Below are positions 50,647-59,600 of a stretch of 64,000 nt of DNA, in pieces. The position numbers were made by a program, and so were the translations under genes. Numbering within the stretch: position 1 is the stretch's first letter; the number at the start of each line of letters is the position of its first letter. The stretch covers positions 288,001 through 352,000 of the forward strand of contig CBDCEW010000105.1 of NCBI GenBank assembly GCA_965215885.1, written 5' to 3'. Origin of the DNA: Candidatus Moanibacter sp. Lineage in GTDB: Bacteria > Verrucomicrobiota > Verrucomicrobiia > Opitutales > UBA2987. The notes beneath the pieces are model-generated. The model saw nothing but the letters and a program-made list of their open reading frames with translations. It did no database searches and was not told the DNA's origin.

Positions 50647-51522
50647 ATGGCCTCTTTTCGATTTTGTCGGCCGGATGATATAGAGGAGTTGGTCGATGCA
50701 GTCAACCGGACCTATCTCGTGCATTTTCCGGGTCTGGCTCCTATGACTGTGGAGACTTTCAAGAGGGAGATAAAGGAACTCAACTTGTGGACCAGCTCGT
50801 GTATGCTGGCGACAGAGGATAGTGGACCAGTAGCAGTGCTGATCGCGGCGAAGCGACGGCGCTCCTCAGTCATACTTCGCTTGGGCGTTCATCCCGGATT
50901 CCAGCGATTAGGATACGGCTCTCATCTATTGGATTCTCTGCAGAGTAAGATGCACGTTTTAGGTCCCCCTTTGCTCACTGTAGAACTTGAGGAAAGGGAC
51001 GCCGAAAATTGCAGATTCTTTGAGAAACAAGGCCACCAGAAATTAGGGAGATTTACAGATTTTGAATTGAAGGGGAAACTCGAGCAGCCGGAACTCACTG
51101 AGCTCATAAGTGAGATATACATAGGAGATTTGGAAGACCGCTACCTGTTAGGGGAGGAGGGTGAGGAATTGGATGTAGACGAGGCGCTACCGTGGATTCG
51201 ACAGACGGAAACACTGCGGAACCGAATGGAAGAAATGAGAGGATTTGGTATACCTGATCTGGATGGAATTGCGGCTTATGTGTTTGCAAGGGACGCCTCT
51301 GAAGAGAACAAACGATTTGTTGATGTTTGTGCTCTCGGTTGCCGCGACGGAGAGAAAACGCCTCTATATATGAGCATCCTTCTTCGGTACGTATCGAAGA
51401 CGTTCGAAATGGGCGTCCGCATCCCCCGCCTTTCGGAGCGAGAGATTCCTTACGAAATCTTGGAAGATCTCGGATTTGAAAAGAGGCGAGAGTATATTCA
51501 GTATGGGATGCGGACGCAGTAG
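50647..51522 (+). CDS. GNAT family acetyltransferase
   Basis: LGVHPGFQRLGYGSHLL...FFEKQG. Confidence 0.8.
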   Translation: MASFRFCRPDDIEELVDAVNRTYLVHFPGLAPMTVETFKREIKELNLWTSSCMLATEDSGPVAVLIAAKRRRSSVILRLGVHPGFQRLGYGSHLLDSLQSKMHVLGPPLLTVELEERDAENCRFFEKQGHQKLGRFTDFELKGKLEQPELTELISEIYIGDLEDRYLLGEEGEELDVDEALPWIRQTETLRNRMEEMRGFGIPDLDGIAAYVFARDASEENKRFVDVCALGCRDGEKTPLYMSILLRYVSKTFEMGVRIPRLSEREIPYEILEDLGFEKRREYIQYGMRTQ

Positions 51523-51583
51523 TTTGGGGTTAGTTTCTCTATGCCTTCTGGTTTAATCACAACGTCCAACGTCCAATACAAGG

Positions 51584-51772
51584 CTAGCCCGAACATTTCA
51601 CAAATCTTCTGCTACGACCTCGGATGTCACTGCGTCTCAAAGCCTTCCCTTGTCCGGCGACCTCAGAGGGTTCCAACACGCTGTCGCCCGCCGTGCTGCG
51701 GAAAGGCACTGATACGCAGTCCCGGCGCGCCGGGACAGTCTCACTACGAAGTGTGTGAAATGTCCGGGCTAG
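51584..51772. mobile_element. CTAG-bounded MITE, copy 2
   Basis: CTAGCCCGAACATTTCACA...TGTGAAATGTCCGGGCTAG; matches 25176-25357. Confidence 0.85.
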
Positions 51773-52018
51773 GAGAAGACTAACATAAAAGGAGAGAAAA
51801 GATGAGCAAAAAGAAATACAACTTATCCGGATTTTTTTCACCAGCATCCGTACGGCAAAAGAAAATTCCGATGAATAAAGAGTACAGCCACGGGCCTGGT
51901 CACCAGAATGTTGCACTTGGACGTTGGGCGTTGGATGTTGAGCGTTGAATATTCAGATTCGTCCCATTGGGCGGGACTTCGCCAAAAATAAAAACCCGAC
52001 AGTCCCATCGAACTTTCA

Positions 52019-52450
52019 TTGCACAGGTATAGACAAATAGCTCGAGACTGGCTCCTCCCAACGAGCGACGGTCAGTCCTATCATCGCGCTGCTGTGATCT
52101 ATTTCATCTACGGAATGGTGTATATGGGAGGAGCGATTGCGCAGCTTACACCTGAGCGCAAAGTAGACTTCTTCGGAACAGTGCCGTGGTGGACTTTTTA
52201 TATTTTCGGCGCGGTCGTCCTGGTCGGGTTTCCAATTCTGGTTTGGTTCCGCTTCAAATGGTTTACCAGGATAATTGCGTTCGGGCCATCTGCAAAAGCG
52301 ATCACCCTCATCGGCAGGGAAGTGCGATCGTTGATGAAAGGTGAGCCAATGAATCTGTTCTATTGGATCTTCGCTGTCGTTGCGGTTTGGGCCGCGGTGC
52401 ACCTTTTCCGGGCAGGATGGGGTAGGGAAAGGAGGAATGATGAAAGATGA
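52019..52450 (+). CDS. Hypothetical membrane protein
   Basis: 3-4 hydrophobic helices; start codon uncertain. Confidence 0.55.
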   Translation: MHRYRQIARDWLLPTSDGQSYHRAAVIYFIYGMVYMGGAIAQLTPERKVDFFGTVPWWTFYIFGAVVLVGFPILVWFRFKWFTRIIAFGPSAKAITLIGREVRSLMKGEPMNLFYWIFAVVAVWAAVHLFRAGWGRERRNDER

Positions 52451-52561
52451 TGGGCAAAAGGAAGAATCTGCCGACGGATGGGAATTGCCCGCTAAGCACG
52501 CGAAAAAGCGCGAAATTGGAGGGAGAAGATGAAGGATGAAACGGCCAGGGACCAATCGCGA

Positions 52562-54208
52562 TCAGGCGGATTGGGGGGCGGGTTCCGGCGATCCAGTGTA
52601 TTTCCTGCGCACGAAAAAGATGATGAGGATTTCGGCGAGAAGGGTCAGGAATCCGTAGGTCAACATTGGCCCAATGGGAGATTGGGTATCGGCGGGAGTG
52701 AGGTAGATGCTGTACCAGGGAGTTATCCCCGTTCGAACGCCTGTTTCGCGGTTAAATCCATCCCAAACGAAAAAGGAGAGGGGCAGGAACTCGCCCTCGA
52801 CAAACGGTATTGCATCAGTCTGGTCCCGCCTTTGCTTGAAAATGACGGACCATTCACCGTTTTCGTATTTCGAGGAAACCAAAACACCGTTTGACTCGCT
52901 TGCGATGAGATTCTGAAAACCGTTTCCGGTATACTGCTTTACGGTCTCTCCCTGAGCGAGGTCGACGAACCATACGTTCACAGCATTCTTCGCGTCCCCA
53001 AAAAGAAAATACGGTTTCTTGAACCCCTCCGGCATCTTTTGCGGCCACTGAATCGCGATGGCATCGGAAAATTGCGGGTTCTCCTGGTCTTCTTCACTGA
53101 TTACACGGGACGTCTGGTGCAAGTCTTCCTCCCCCAGTGAAGCATCGGGTGCATTTTCTCCGGTTGTGTCAGCGGTCATATCGTGCCATGTTACAAGGAT
53201 GGCGAATTCCTCGGCGTTGTAGACGGCCTGCACTTCGATCGCGTTAGTCGATGGCGCGAGCAAGCGGCCCGGTTCAATAACCTGGCCAACGACCGGGAAA
53301 TGAGAAATGGTGGCGTTCGCGAACAATTCCTTTCCCCGCGCGGGATCTAAGTCGCCCTCGACAGGTTCAGCGACGAGCGTCGTTGAGAAATCAGTCTCAT
53401 CACGCTCCGAAAGGGAATAGATATAATTTACGAGGTCCCAACGCTCATTTTCGGGGATCGAGTCCTGGTAAGAGGGCATTGGGGTGCCGTTAAGCCCCGT
53501 TGTGAAGGTGCGATAGATGTCTTTGCGAGTGGGGCCGCCACGGAAGGACCATCGTTTTGTGAGGTCGGCGGGGCGGATATGGTACTTTTCCGGGCCGAAA
53601 TCATCCTCGAGTGTAGGCGCGGAAACTCCATCCGACCTGCCCTGATCTCCGTGACAGGTATAGCACTCATTCTTTACATAGAGGTCACGGCCGCGAGTTG
53701 CGGATTCTTCGGAGTACTTTGGAGCTTTCTCGAAATCGATTGGAACAGGCACGAAATCCGGGTCCTCGAAGTCTTCGTTAAACGTCTTCAGGTAGTAGAC
53801 AAGATTGGTAATCTCTTCATCGTTGAAGTTGGAAAACGCCGGCATGGCGCTGAATGGCATGCCGACACGGATGATATGCTTAATATCTCCCGTAGTGGGC
53901 AACTCTCCGCTCGGTGTGGTACGTACTTTGTACTTGCCGCTAGTGAAATCTCTCGGCTTCGGCGCGAAATGGAGGAAGGCGCTTCCCTTCCCGTCACCGT
54001 TGTCGCCATGGCAGTGGGCGCAAAAATCCTGGTAGAGTTCCTTCCCGGCATTTATCTGCGCTTCGGTTCCCAAATCTGTCCCCTGTGAGTGAAGGAGCGG
54101 TGATAAAAAGAGCCAGAAGGCAATCAATCCAAGATAGTAGCGAAAAGACGGTGGCGTGATTAGGTAGCCACTGCTTACTGAATATTGCCTTTGTCCGGGA
54201 GCAATCAT
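52562..54208 (-). CDS. Dihaem cytochrome c with EBDH-gamma/DOMON-like domain and C-terminal TM anchor
   Basis: CAHCH and CYTCH; PKPRDFT, PADLT; VTWHD...DAIAIQWP...F.FGD...WSVIFK...FFVWDG; ATG overlaps the upstream TGA. Confidence 0.85.
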   Translation of the reverse strand: MIAPGQRQYSVSSGYLITPPSFRYYLGLIAFWLFLSPLLHSQGTDLGTEAQINAGKELYQDFCAHCHGDNGDGKGSAFLHFAPKPRDFTSGKYKVRTTPSGELPTTGDIKHIIRVGMPFSAMPAFSNFNDEEITNLVYYLKTFNEDFEDPDFVPVPIDFEKAPKYSEESATRGRDLYVKNECYTCHGDQGRSDGVSAPTLEDDFGPEKYHIRPADLTKRWSFRGGPTRKDIYRTFTTGLNGTPMPSYQDSIPENERWDLVNYIYSLSERDETDFSTTLVAEPVEGDLDPARGKELFANATISHFPVVGQVIEPGRLLAPSTNAIEVQAVYNAEEFAILVTWHDMTADTTGENAPDASLGEEDLHQTSRVISEEDQENPQFSDAIAIQWPQKMPEGFKKPYFLFGDAKNAVNVWFVDLAQGETVKQYTGNGFQNLIASESNGVLVSSKYENGEWSVIFKQRRDQTDAIPFVEGEFLPLSFFVWDGFNRETGVRTGITPWYSIYLTPADTQSPIGPMLTYGFLTLLAEILIIFFVRRKYTGSPEPAPQSA

Positions 54209-55044
54209 CAGTGTGCGAGTTCCATGTCGGCACGGGGTATGGTGTTGGTGAATCGATAAACAAACATCGTAACATCCCAAATTTCCTTTTCGGTGAGAAA
54301 TTTCTCCCAGGTCGGCATGGCGGAACTCCAGGGACCCGACTCGTCAGGGAGACCCGGTCCCCCTTTTGCGATTCGCCAGAATACGTAATTTTCCTGTAGT
54401 TGGGCGATGGTGCCGGAGTCGGCCAGATTGGCCGGAATGGGGTTAAACCCATGAGCAAAGAGACCGTTCCCTTCGAGCGTATCACCGTGACAGAAAACAC
54501 AGTTGTCATAGTAGACTTTACGCCCGTTTTGGACGTGCTTCATGAATTCGTCCGGATTCTCGACTTCCAGTTTTCGATACGGATTCTCGAAATCCGCGAG
54601 TTGGATTTGCTTCCCATCAAACGTAAACTGGGTGGGTGGAGCGGGGTGAATGGAGCGACCGAACACGGGCGCAACAATCTCAACCTGCATTCCGGCATAG
54701 ACTCTCCAGGCGACGAAGAGGGGAAGGAGAATAGTGACCAGGGTAAGTGGAATTCTAAACTTTCTGTTTACGATAAACTGGGTCAGAGAACCCGTAACTT
54801 CCTTCAGAATTCCTGTATCTGAGGAGATGAAAAAGAGCAGGGCAATTGTGATGATTGCCATGAACATCTGGACGATAGAGGCTGGGAGAGGCGGGATGAT
54901 TGAGAATCTTAAGATAACGAATAGTCCAATCCACCATGCCACGATCCAGAAGAGAACATTCATCCAAAATGGGCTTCGGGTCTTTCCATAAATGGAGAGG
55001 GCGACCATCACGCCTACAACACTGGCGAGGATAATGAGATTCAT
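54208..55044 (-). CDS. Membrane-anchored monohaem cytochrome c
   Basis: Four N-terminal TM helices; CVFCH; PANL, WRIAKGG, SAMP.W. Confidence 0.88.
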   Translation of the reverse strand: MNLIILASVVGVMVALSIYGKTRSPFWMNVLFWIVAWWIGLFVILRFSIIPPLPASIVQMFMAIITIALLFFISSDTGILKEVTGSLTQFIVNRKFRIPLTLVTILLPLFVAWRVYAGMQVEIVAPVFGRSIHPAPPTQFTFDGKQIQLADFENPYRKLEVENPDEFMKHVQNGRKVYYDNCVFCHGDTLEGNGLFAHGFNPIPANLADSGTIAQLQENYVFWRIAKGGPGLPDESGPWSSAMPTWEKFLTEKEIWDVTMFVYRFTNTIPRADMELAH

Positions 55045-55890
55045 TTATTCACCTGTCCTGGAAGCTAGAAAATCAACGATTGATTTAAGCTGTGCCGGTG
55101 TGATCTGTTCGTAAAAGCCGGTACCGTTCAATGTCGCAATCATAAGGCCCGGTTGATAGCCTTCGGTGAGGAAGGCATCGGGTTCGATGATGGATTCGTA
55201 AATCTCGCCTTTAGTCCGATTCGTTCCAATATCGTAGAGGCTGGGACCGAGCATCTTTACAGGAGCTGTATAGTTATGGCAAGCGATGCAGGCGTATTTT
55301 GTCATCAACTCTTCCGGTCCGAGATCCGCTGCCACCATCTCCGCGGGTGAATCCACTGCCTGTCCCGGTTCAGCGGCAACCACTTCGCCATCTCCTGCAG
55401 ATTCAGTTTCGTCACCACCGGCGAAATACTTGAGCATGGTATCGGGAGTCACCGTAGGGGTGCCGCCCAAGCTCTGCAGGTAAGCAATAACTGCGAGAAT
55501 CTCCGGTTCGGTAAGGTTGATCGGCGCCTTATTGACGGGTGTCATGATCGGATTGAATCCTTCCACGACATAGACGAGGGGTTCGAAGAGAGATTCGGCG
55601 AGGTAATCAATATCGTTGTATCCCTCCCGGCGGGTCGAGGCCCGCTGCCCGATTCCGGCGAGATCAGGCGCCCTGTTTCCGGGAGATCCGATTGTATGGC
55701 AGAGAGTACAGGTGCCTTTGGCGGATGCGATCTCCTGCCCCGCGGCGACCATATCATCCACGCTCATGTCGGCGCGAATTTCCGTGCTCTCGGGGGGGTG
55801 TGTCTCCTTCTGGGGAACCTGCTGCCCTACATACCAGTAGAAGAGGGTCGTGAAAATGGTGAGGAGGACGATTTTCAGAAGATTCGTCAT
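55045..55890 (-). CDS. Membrane-anchored dihaem cytochrome c
   Basis: N-terminal TM; CTLCH and CIACH; YLAESL.EP and IYESIIEP. Confidence 0.9.
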   Translation of the reverse strand: MTNLLKIVLLTIFTTLFYWYVGQQVPQKETHPPESTEIRADMSVDDMVAAGQEIASAKGTCTLCHTIGSPGNRAPDLAGIGQRASTRREGYNDIDYLAESLFEPLVYVVEGFNPIMTPVNKAPINLTEPEILAVIAYLQSLGGTPTVTPDTMLKYFAGGDETESAGDGEVVAAEPGQAVDSPAEMVAADLGPEELMTKYACIACHNYTAPVKMLGPSLYDIGTNRTKGEIYESIIEPDAFLTEGYQPGLMIATLNGTGFYEQITPAQLKSIVDFLASRTGE

Positions 55891-57767
55891 GCTCTTTCGT
55901 CCACCGGTTTCCTGGGCTCCCAGTTCCTTCGGTTGTGGAGATCCGCCAGCCAGAAGTTCACAATAATGAATCCAAAAAATATGAGGACGACAATCGAGAC
56001 GACGGTGCTGGCGAAACCGAGCGTGGGCGTGAATGCATCCGCGGAGGTATCCTGCATGACTTCATAGACATGCCAGTGCAGGCGCAGGCCGGAGCGGACG
56101 TAGCCCATCAGCCCCATCAGCCAGGTAAAAGTGACAGCCAGGAAGAAGAGCGTGTACTGGGCGCGGTTGGAGATTTTCCCCCACCTGATTTTGCCAAACT
56201 CAGGCGCGTTCCGAAATATGACAATGTCAAGCGCGGTTGCCAGAATAAGCACCATGAGGACAGATGATACCTGAAGGACGGAGAAGCCGATGCGTATGGT
56301 TGCTTCGACAAAGTACCCGTAGATTCCGTAAAAAATAACGATACCGGACGAAAGGACAAATAGGAGCGCCTGTCCCCAGACACCGCGGCTCTGAAATGCA
56401 AGCACAAGTGCCGCGGTGATACCGATCGCTTCGATCAATATCAGCATCCAGGGATTGCGAAACAGGATTAGAAGGAGGAGAGTCAGAAGAGCTGTCAGAA
56501 GAAGCGCAATTTTAGAAGTAGTGGACTGTTGAGCCATCGGGAGGGGCTTGCCCTTATTGCCGCGGCGATACAACAGGAAACTGAGATAGGTGGTGAGGAT
56601 GAGAATGTTTACGGCGGTGTTCTTTGCCGACATGACCCCGAGGATACCGAGAACGGGGTGATGCGCGCCGCCCATCTGCCGCTGTTCCTGAACACTGGCA
56701 ACAAGCGAATGCGGGGTTGCCCATACGATGAAACAGATCGTGACGAGGCCGAGAAGATATTTTATGTATTTCCTATAGCGCTCGGCGCCTTCGATCCGTT
56801 CCATTCCAAGCCAAAGGTAGTAATTCGCGCCGAGGAAGAGCATGCCGATAAGGACGGCTTGGATGATAAATAACCAGGAGAATGCTCCGCCCATTAGAAC
56901 CATGCCCAATTGAGCGCGAAAGGCGTAAATCTCGCTACCCAGCCAGTAACCCGCAAAAGGGAGGGGAAGGAGGGCGCAGATGGCGATGAAATTTCCAACG
57001 TAACCCATCCAGTCGTAGTGAGCCCGCTCTTCGTCAGTAGTCGCACTGAGAAACTTGAAACCGCCATAAGCCGCGGCGATGGAACCGCCGAGGCAGAGGT
57101 TTGCGATGAGCCGGTGGATGTTGATAGGCATCCAGGTATAGTTGTTGACCGCGTCCCAGGTGCTGACGAGGTTTCCGGCCTCATCGATCCCGCTGGGTGA
57201 CATCATAAAGGAGAGCCAGGCGTTGGCGATAAACATAATAAGGGTACCCACGATATTAAGGCAGATACCGAGGAATAGATGCATACGCGGCGAGAACTTT
57301 CCCCAACCGTAATAGTAGCTGTAGAGAAAGACGGCTTCCCCGAAAAAGAGCAGACCGTATGGCCAAAAGGTGACGCTGAAAATTGATACGAGGTAGTTGG
57401 TGAACCTGGGGTAGAGGATCATCAACATGAAGGTGAGGAGGGCGCCCAGGGTGGCGGTAAAAGAAAAAGATACGGTGAGCAGGCCGGTAAACTCGTGGGC
57501 AAGTTTATCGTAACGTTTGTCGCCCGTCTTGTAACCGATGAACTCGATGAGAAGGGCAAACATGGGAACAGCCAGGACGAAGGCCGCATACATGAGGTGG
57601 AGTTCTCCTACGACCCAGATCGCGACACGACTTCCGATCTTGGGAAAGTCGCGGTATTCAGCATCAACTCCTGCTTCTGCCTGGGCCCAGAGACGGGTTG
57701 CACCCATTAGGAGGACGAGGAGAAGGAGCGAAAATCCAAGGAGCTTGCGATGCCGATTCAGTTTCAG
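55887..57767 (-). CDS. Cytochrome bd-like oxidase subunit I (CydA-like); start at ATG 57707 or CTG 57767
   Basis: ELHLMYAAFVLAVP, F.FTATLG, FF.E..FLY.Y...W, NAWLSFMMSP, NIHR..AN, GLMGYVRSG.R.HWH; no cydB nearby. Confidence 0.85.
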   Translation of the reverse strand: MKLNRHRKLLGFSLLLLVLLMGATRLWAQAEAGVDAEYRDFPKIGSRVAIWVVGELHLMYAAFVLAVPMFALLIEFIGYKTGDKRYDKLAHEFTGLLTVSFSFTATLGALLTFMLMILYPRFTNYLVSIFSVTFWPYGLLFFGEAVFLYSYYYGWGKFSPRMHLFLGICLNIVGTLIMFIANAWLSFMMSPSGIDEAGNLVSTWDAVNNYTWMPINIHRLIANLCLGGSIAAAYGGFKFLSATTDEERAHYDWMGYVGNFIAICALLPLPFAGYWLGSEIYAFRAQLGMVLMGGAFSWLFIIQAVLIGMLFLGANYYLWLGMERIEGAERYRKYIKYLLGLVTICFIVWATPHSLVASVQEQRQMGGAHHPVLGILGVMSAKNTAVNILILTTYLSFLLYRRGNKGKPLPMAQQSTTSKIALLLTALLTLLLLILFRNPWMLILIEAIGITAALVLAFQSRGVWGQALLFVLSSGIVIFYGIYGYFVEATIRIGFSVLQVSSVLMVLILATALDIVIFRNAPEFGKIRWGKISNRAQYTLFFLAVTFTWLMGLMGYVRSGLRLHWHVYEVMQDTSADAFTPTLGFASTVVSIVVLIFFGFIIVNFWLADLHNRRNWEPRKPVDERA

Positions 57768-57996
57768 GTATCCTTATACAAGAGGGTTAGGAATTGATCG
57801 TTGAACCAATGCAGATAATGGACTTCGCGGCAAGTCGAGAGTGCGAAATCTGGGAAATGGATTGCTCGCACAAAGAGCAGCGAGTATCGAGGTGCCTGGA
57901 CCGCGTCGCGAGACCACTGATGACTCTCTTTGCTAGGTACTTGAGTACTGAATTCCGGGCGAACAATACCGGGCAGGAACCCGGCGCGACGGATTT

Positions 57997-58788
57997 CTAC
58001 CAGACATCCTCTTCAGCGGTAGCCTGGGCCTTTGCCACTTCCGCAGCCATCCAATCGTCGAAGCTGTCCTGTGACATGACTTCGATAAAGCCGCGCATCG
58101 CGGAATGCCCGTTACCGCAGAGTTGGCTGCAGGCAATAAGATACTTTCCTTCCACGACCGGCTTAAAAGTAACGGGAATGCTGACACCTGGAATAGCGTC
58201 CTGTTTTACTCGCATGACGGGTATTCCGAAACTGTGAATCACATCTTTCGAACTCAGGTGTACCACAACCGGCTTGTCTACCGGGAGATTCAGTCTCTTT
58301 GCTGTGACATCGTCCTTGGCATTGGGATCGTTGGTATCGAGACCGAGGATATTAGTCTCAAGATCGATTAGTTCCGGCTTTGTGTTTCCAAAAACACCGT
58401 CGGGACCCGGATAGTGGTAACTCCATGTAAACTGTTCGGCCACGACGCGAACGACGACAGAATCTTCCGCGGCTGGGAAATCCTCAGTCCATTGGGCCCA
58501 GAGGGGAATCGAAAACCCGCCGAGGAGGATAATCTCCGCGACGATTACTACGACCTCAGTAATAGATCCGATCTTGGATTTGGTCCCTTCATAATCCGCT
58601 TTGGGATTACGTGACTGCCGAAAGCGCACCAGGACGTAGATGAAATACGCAGTCCAAGCTATAAAGAGAAAGAGCATCAGCCAATGGACGATCAGGTTTA
58701 GCTGGTCTAATGCGGCTCCGTGCTCGGAAACGTCAATGGGCAACCAGGGAAACCCAAAGAAATCTTTCATCGGTTGTTCCATAATCAA
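57997..58788 (-). CDS. coxB: Cytochrome c oxidase subunit II (CuA)
   Basis: AEQFTW, SKDVIHSF, KQDAIPG, CSQLCGNGHSAM. Confidence 0.95.
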   Translation of the reverse strand: MIMEQPMKDFFGFPWLPIDVSEHGAALDQLNLIVHWLMLFLFIAWTAYFIYVLVRFRQSRNPKADYEGTKSKIGSITEVVVIVAEIILLGGFSIPLWAQWTEDFPAAEDSVVVRVVAEQFTWSYHYPGPDGVFGNTKPELIDLETNILGLDTNDPNAKDDVTAKRLNLPVDKPVVVHLSSKDVIHSFGIPVMRVKQDAIPGVSIPVTFKPVVEGKYLIACSQLCGNGHSAMRGFIEVMSQDSFDDWMAAEVAKAQATAEEDVW

Positions 58789-59066
58789 TCTCCGCCCGTG
58801 TTTGTATTACTTTGAAAGTGATCACCAAGAGATTGGTGAAGGTGATAAGCCTTGGAGCGTCTCCAAAGGTAGATAAAGAATGCCGCGAATCCCCCCAATA
58901 CGGAAGTCGTGACGCCGAGAAGAAGAACCAACGCCAAATTCAATCCTTGGGCGAGATCACCATTTACTTTTCCAAAACAGACGGTGCAAGCTGAGAGGGA
59001 GTTCGTCGCCGACAACAGGACTGCGAACAGAATGAAAATCGGCAGAAGTGGAGAGGTATGCTTCAT
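58785..59066 (-). CDS. Small membrane protein with CxxC after a signal-like segment
   Basis: LSACTVCFG then one TM helix; overlaps the coxB start. Confidence 0.7.
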   Translation of the reverse strand: MKHTSPLLPIFILFAVLLSATNSLSACTVCFGKVNGDLAQGLNLALVLLLGVTTSVLGGFAAFFIYLWRRSKAYHLHQSLGDHFQSNTNTGGD

Positions 59067-59071
59067 CGTAT

Positions 59072-59260
59072 TCACAGATTCTGCATCTTGTTGAGAAAGT
59101 AATTGCCGTAGAAAAAGAGGGCGATACCGGCGGCAAACGACGACATGCCGACTAGCAGGTAGGGCCCTGATTGCCGAACGGACCACCATCCGAATCCGAA
59201 GCAGAGGATGATGGAAATCGTAATGAAACAGATATGGAAGATCTTCAGCGACACGGCCAA
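59072..59260 (-). CDS. Small two-TM hypothetical protein in the cox operon
   Basis: SLKIFHICFI...YGNYFLNKM; tight spacing with neighbours. Confidence 0.65.
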   Translation of the reverse strand: MAVSLKIFHICFITISIILCFGFGWWSVRQSGPYLLVGMSSFAAGIALFFYGNYFLNKMQNL

Positions 59261-59265
59261 TATCC

Positions 59266-59583
59266 CTAGTGCCGGACTTCAACTCTCAGTGTGGTAATGT
59301 CCTGATCCGTTGCGATGGGCAGAACCATTAGGACGAAAAAGAATATCACAGTTAGCGAGAGCGACCAGAAAATGAGTTTCTTTTCCGATATGAGGTGCAT
59401 GAAAAAGGAGACCACCATCGAACCTTTTACCAATGCGATACTGAGGGCGATGCTGATGGTTGCCGGCACTGAGAGGTCGAGATAGGAGACTGCGACGGTG
59501 ATCAGTGTGAGGGCCAGGAGAGCAACGAATATTCCGATACAGGTCCGGACGTGCTGATCCAGTTCTTCAAGGTTTTCTGCCAT
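59266..59583 (-). CDS. Cytochrome c oxidase subunit IV
   Basis: LLALTLITV, ALVKGSMVVSFFMHL. Confidence 0.88.
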   Translation of the reverse strand: MAENLEELDQHVRTCIGIFVALLALTLITVAVSYLDLSVPATISIALSIALVKGSMVVSFFMHLISEKKLIFWSLSLTVIFFFVLMVLPIATDQDITTLRVEVRH

Positions 59584-59600
59584 TTTTACAATACTCCCTT

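Noticed and set aside
52562..57767. Nitrite oxidoreductase or a canonical cydAB
   Set aside because: No molybdopterin alpha or Fe-S beta subunit in the window; no cydB and no GRQPW motif
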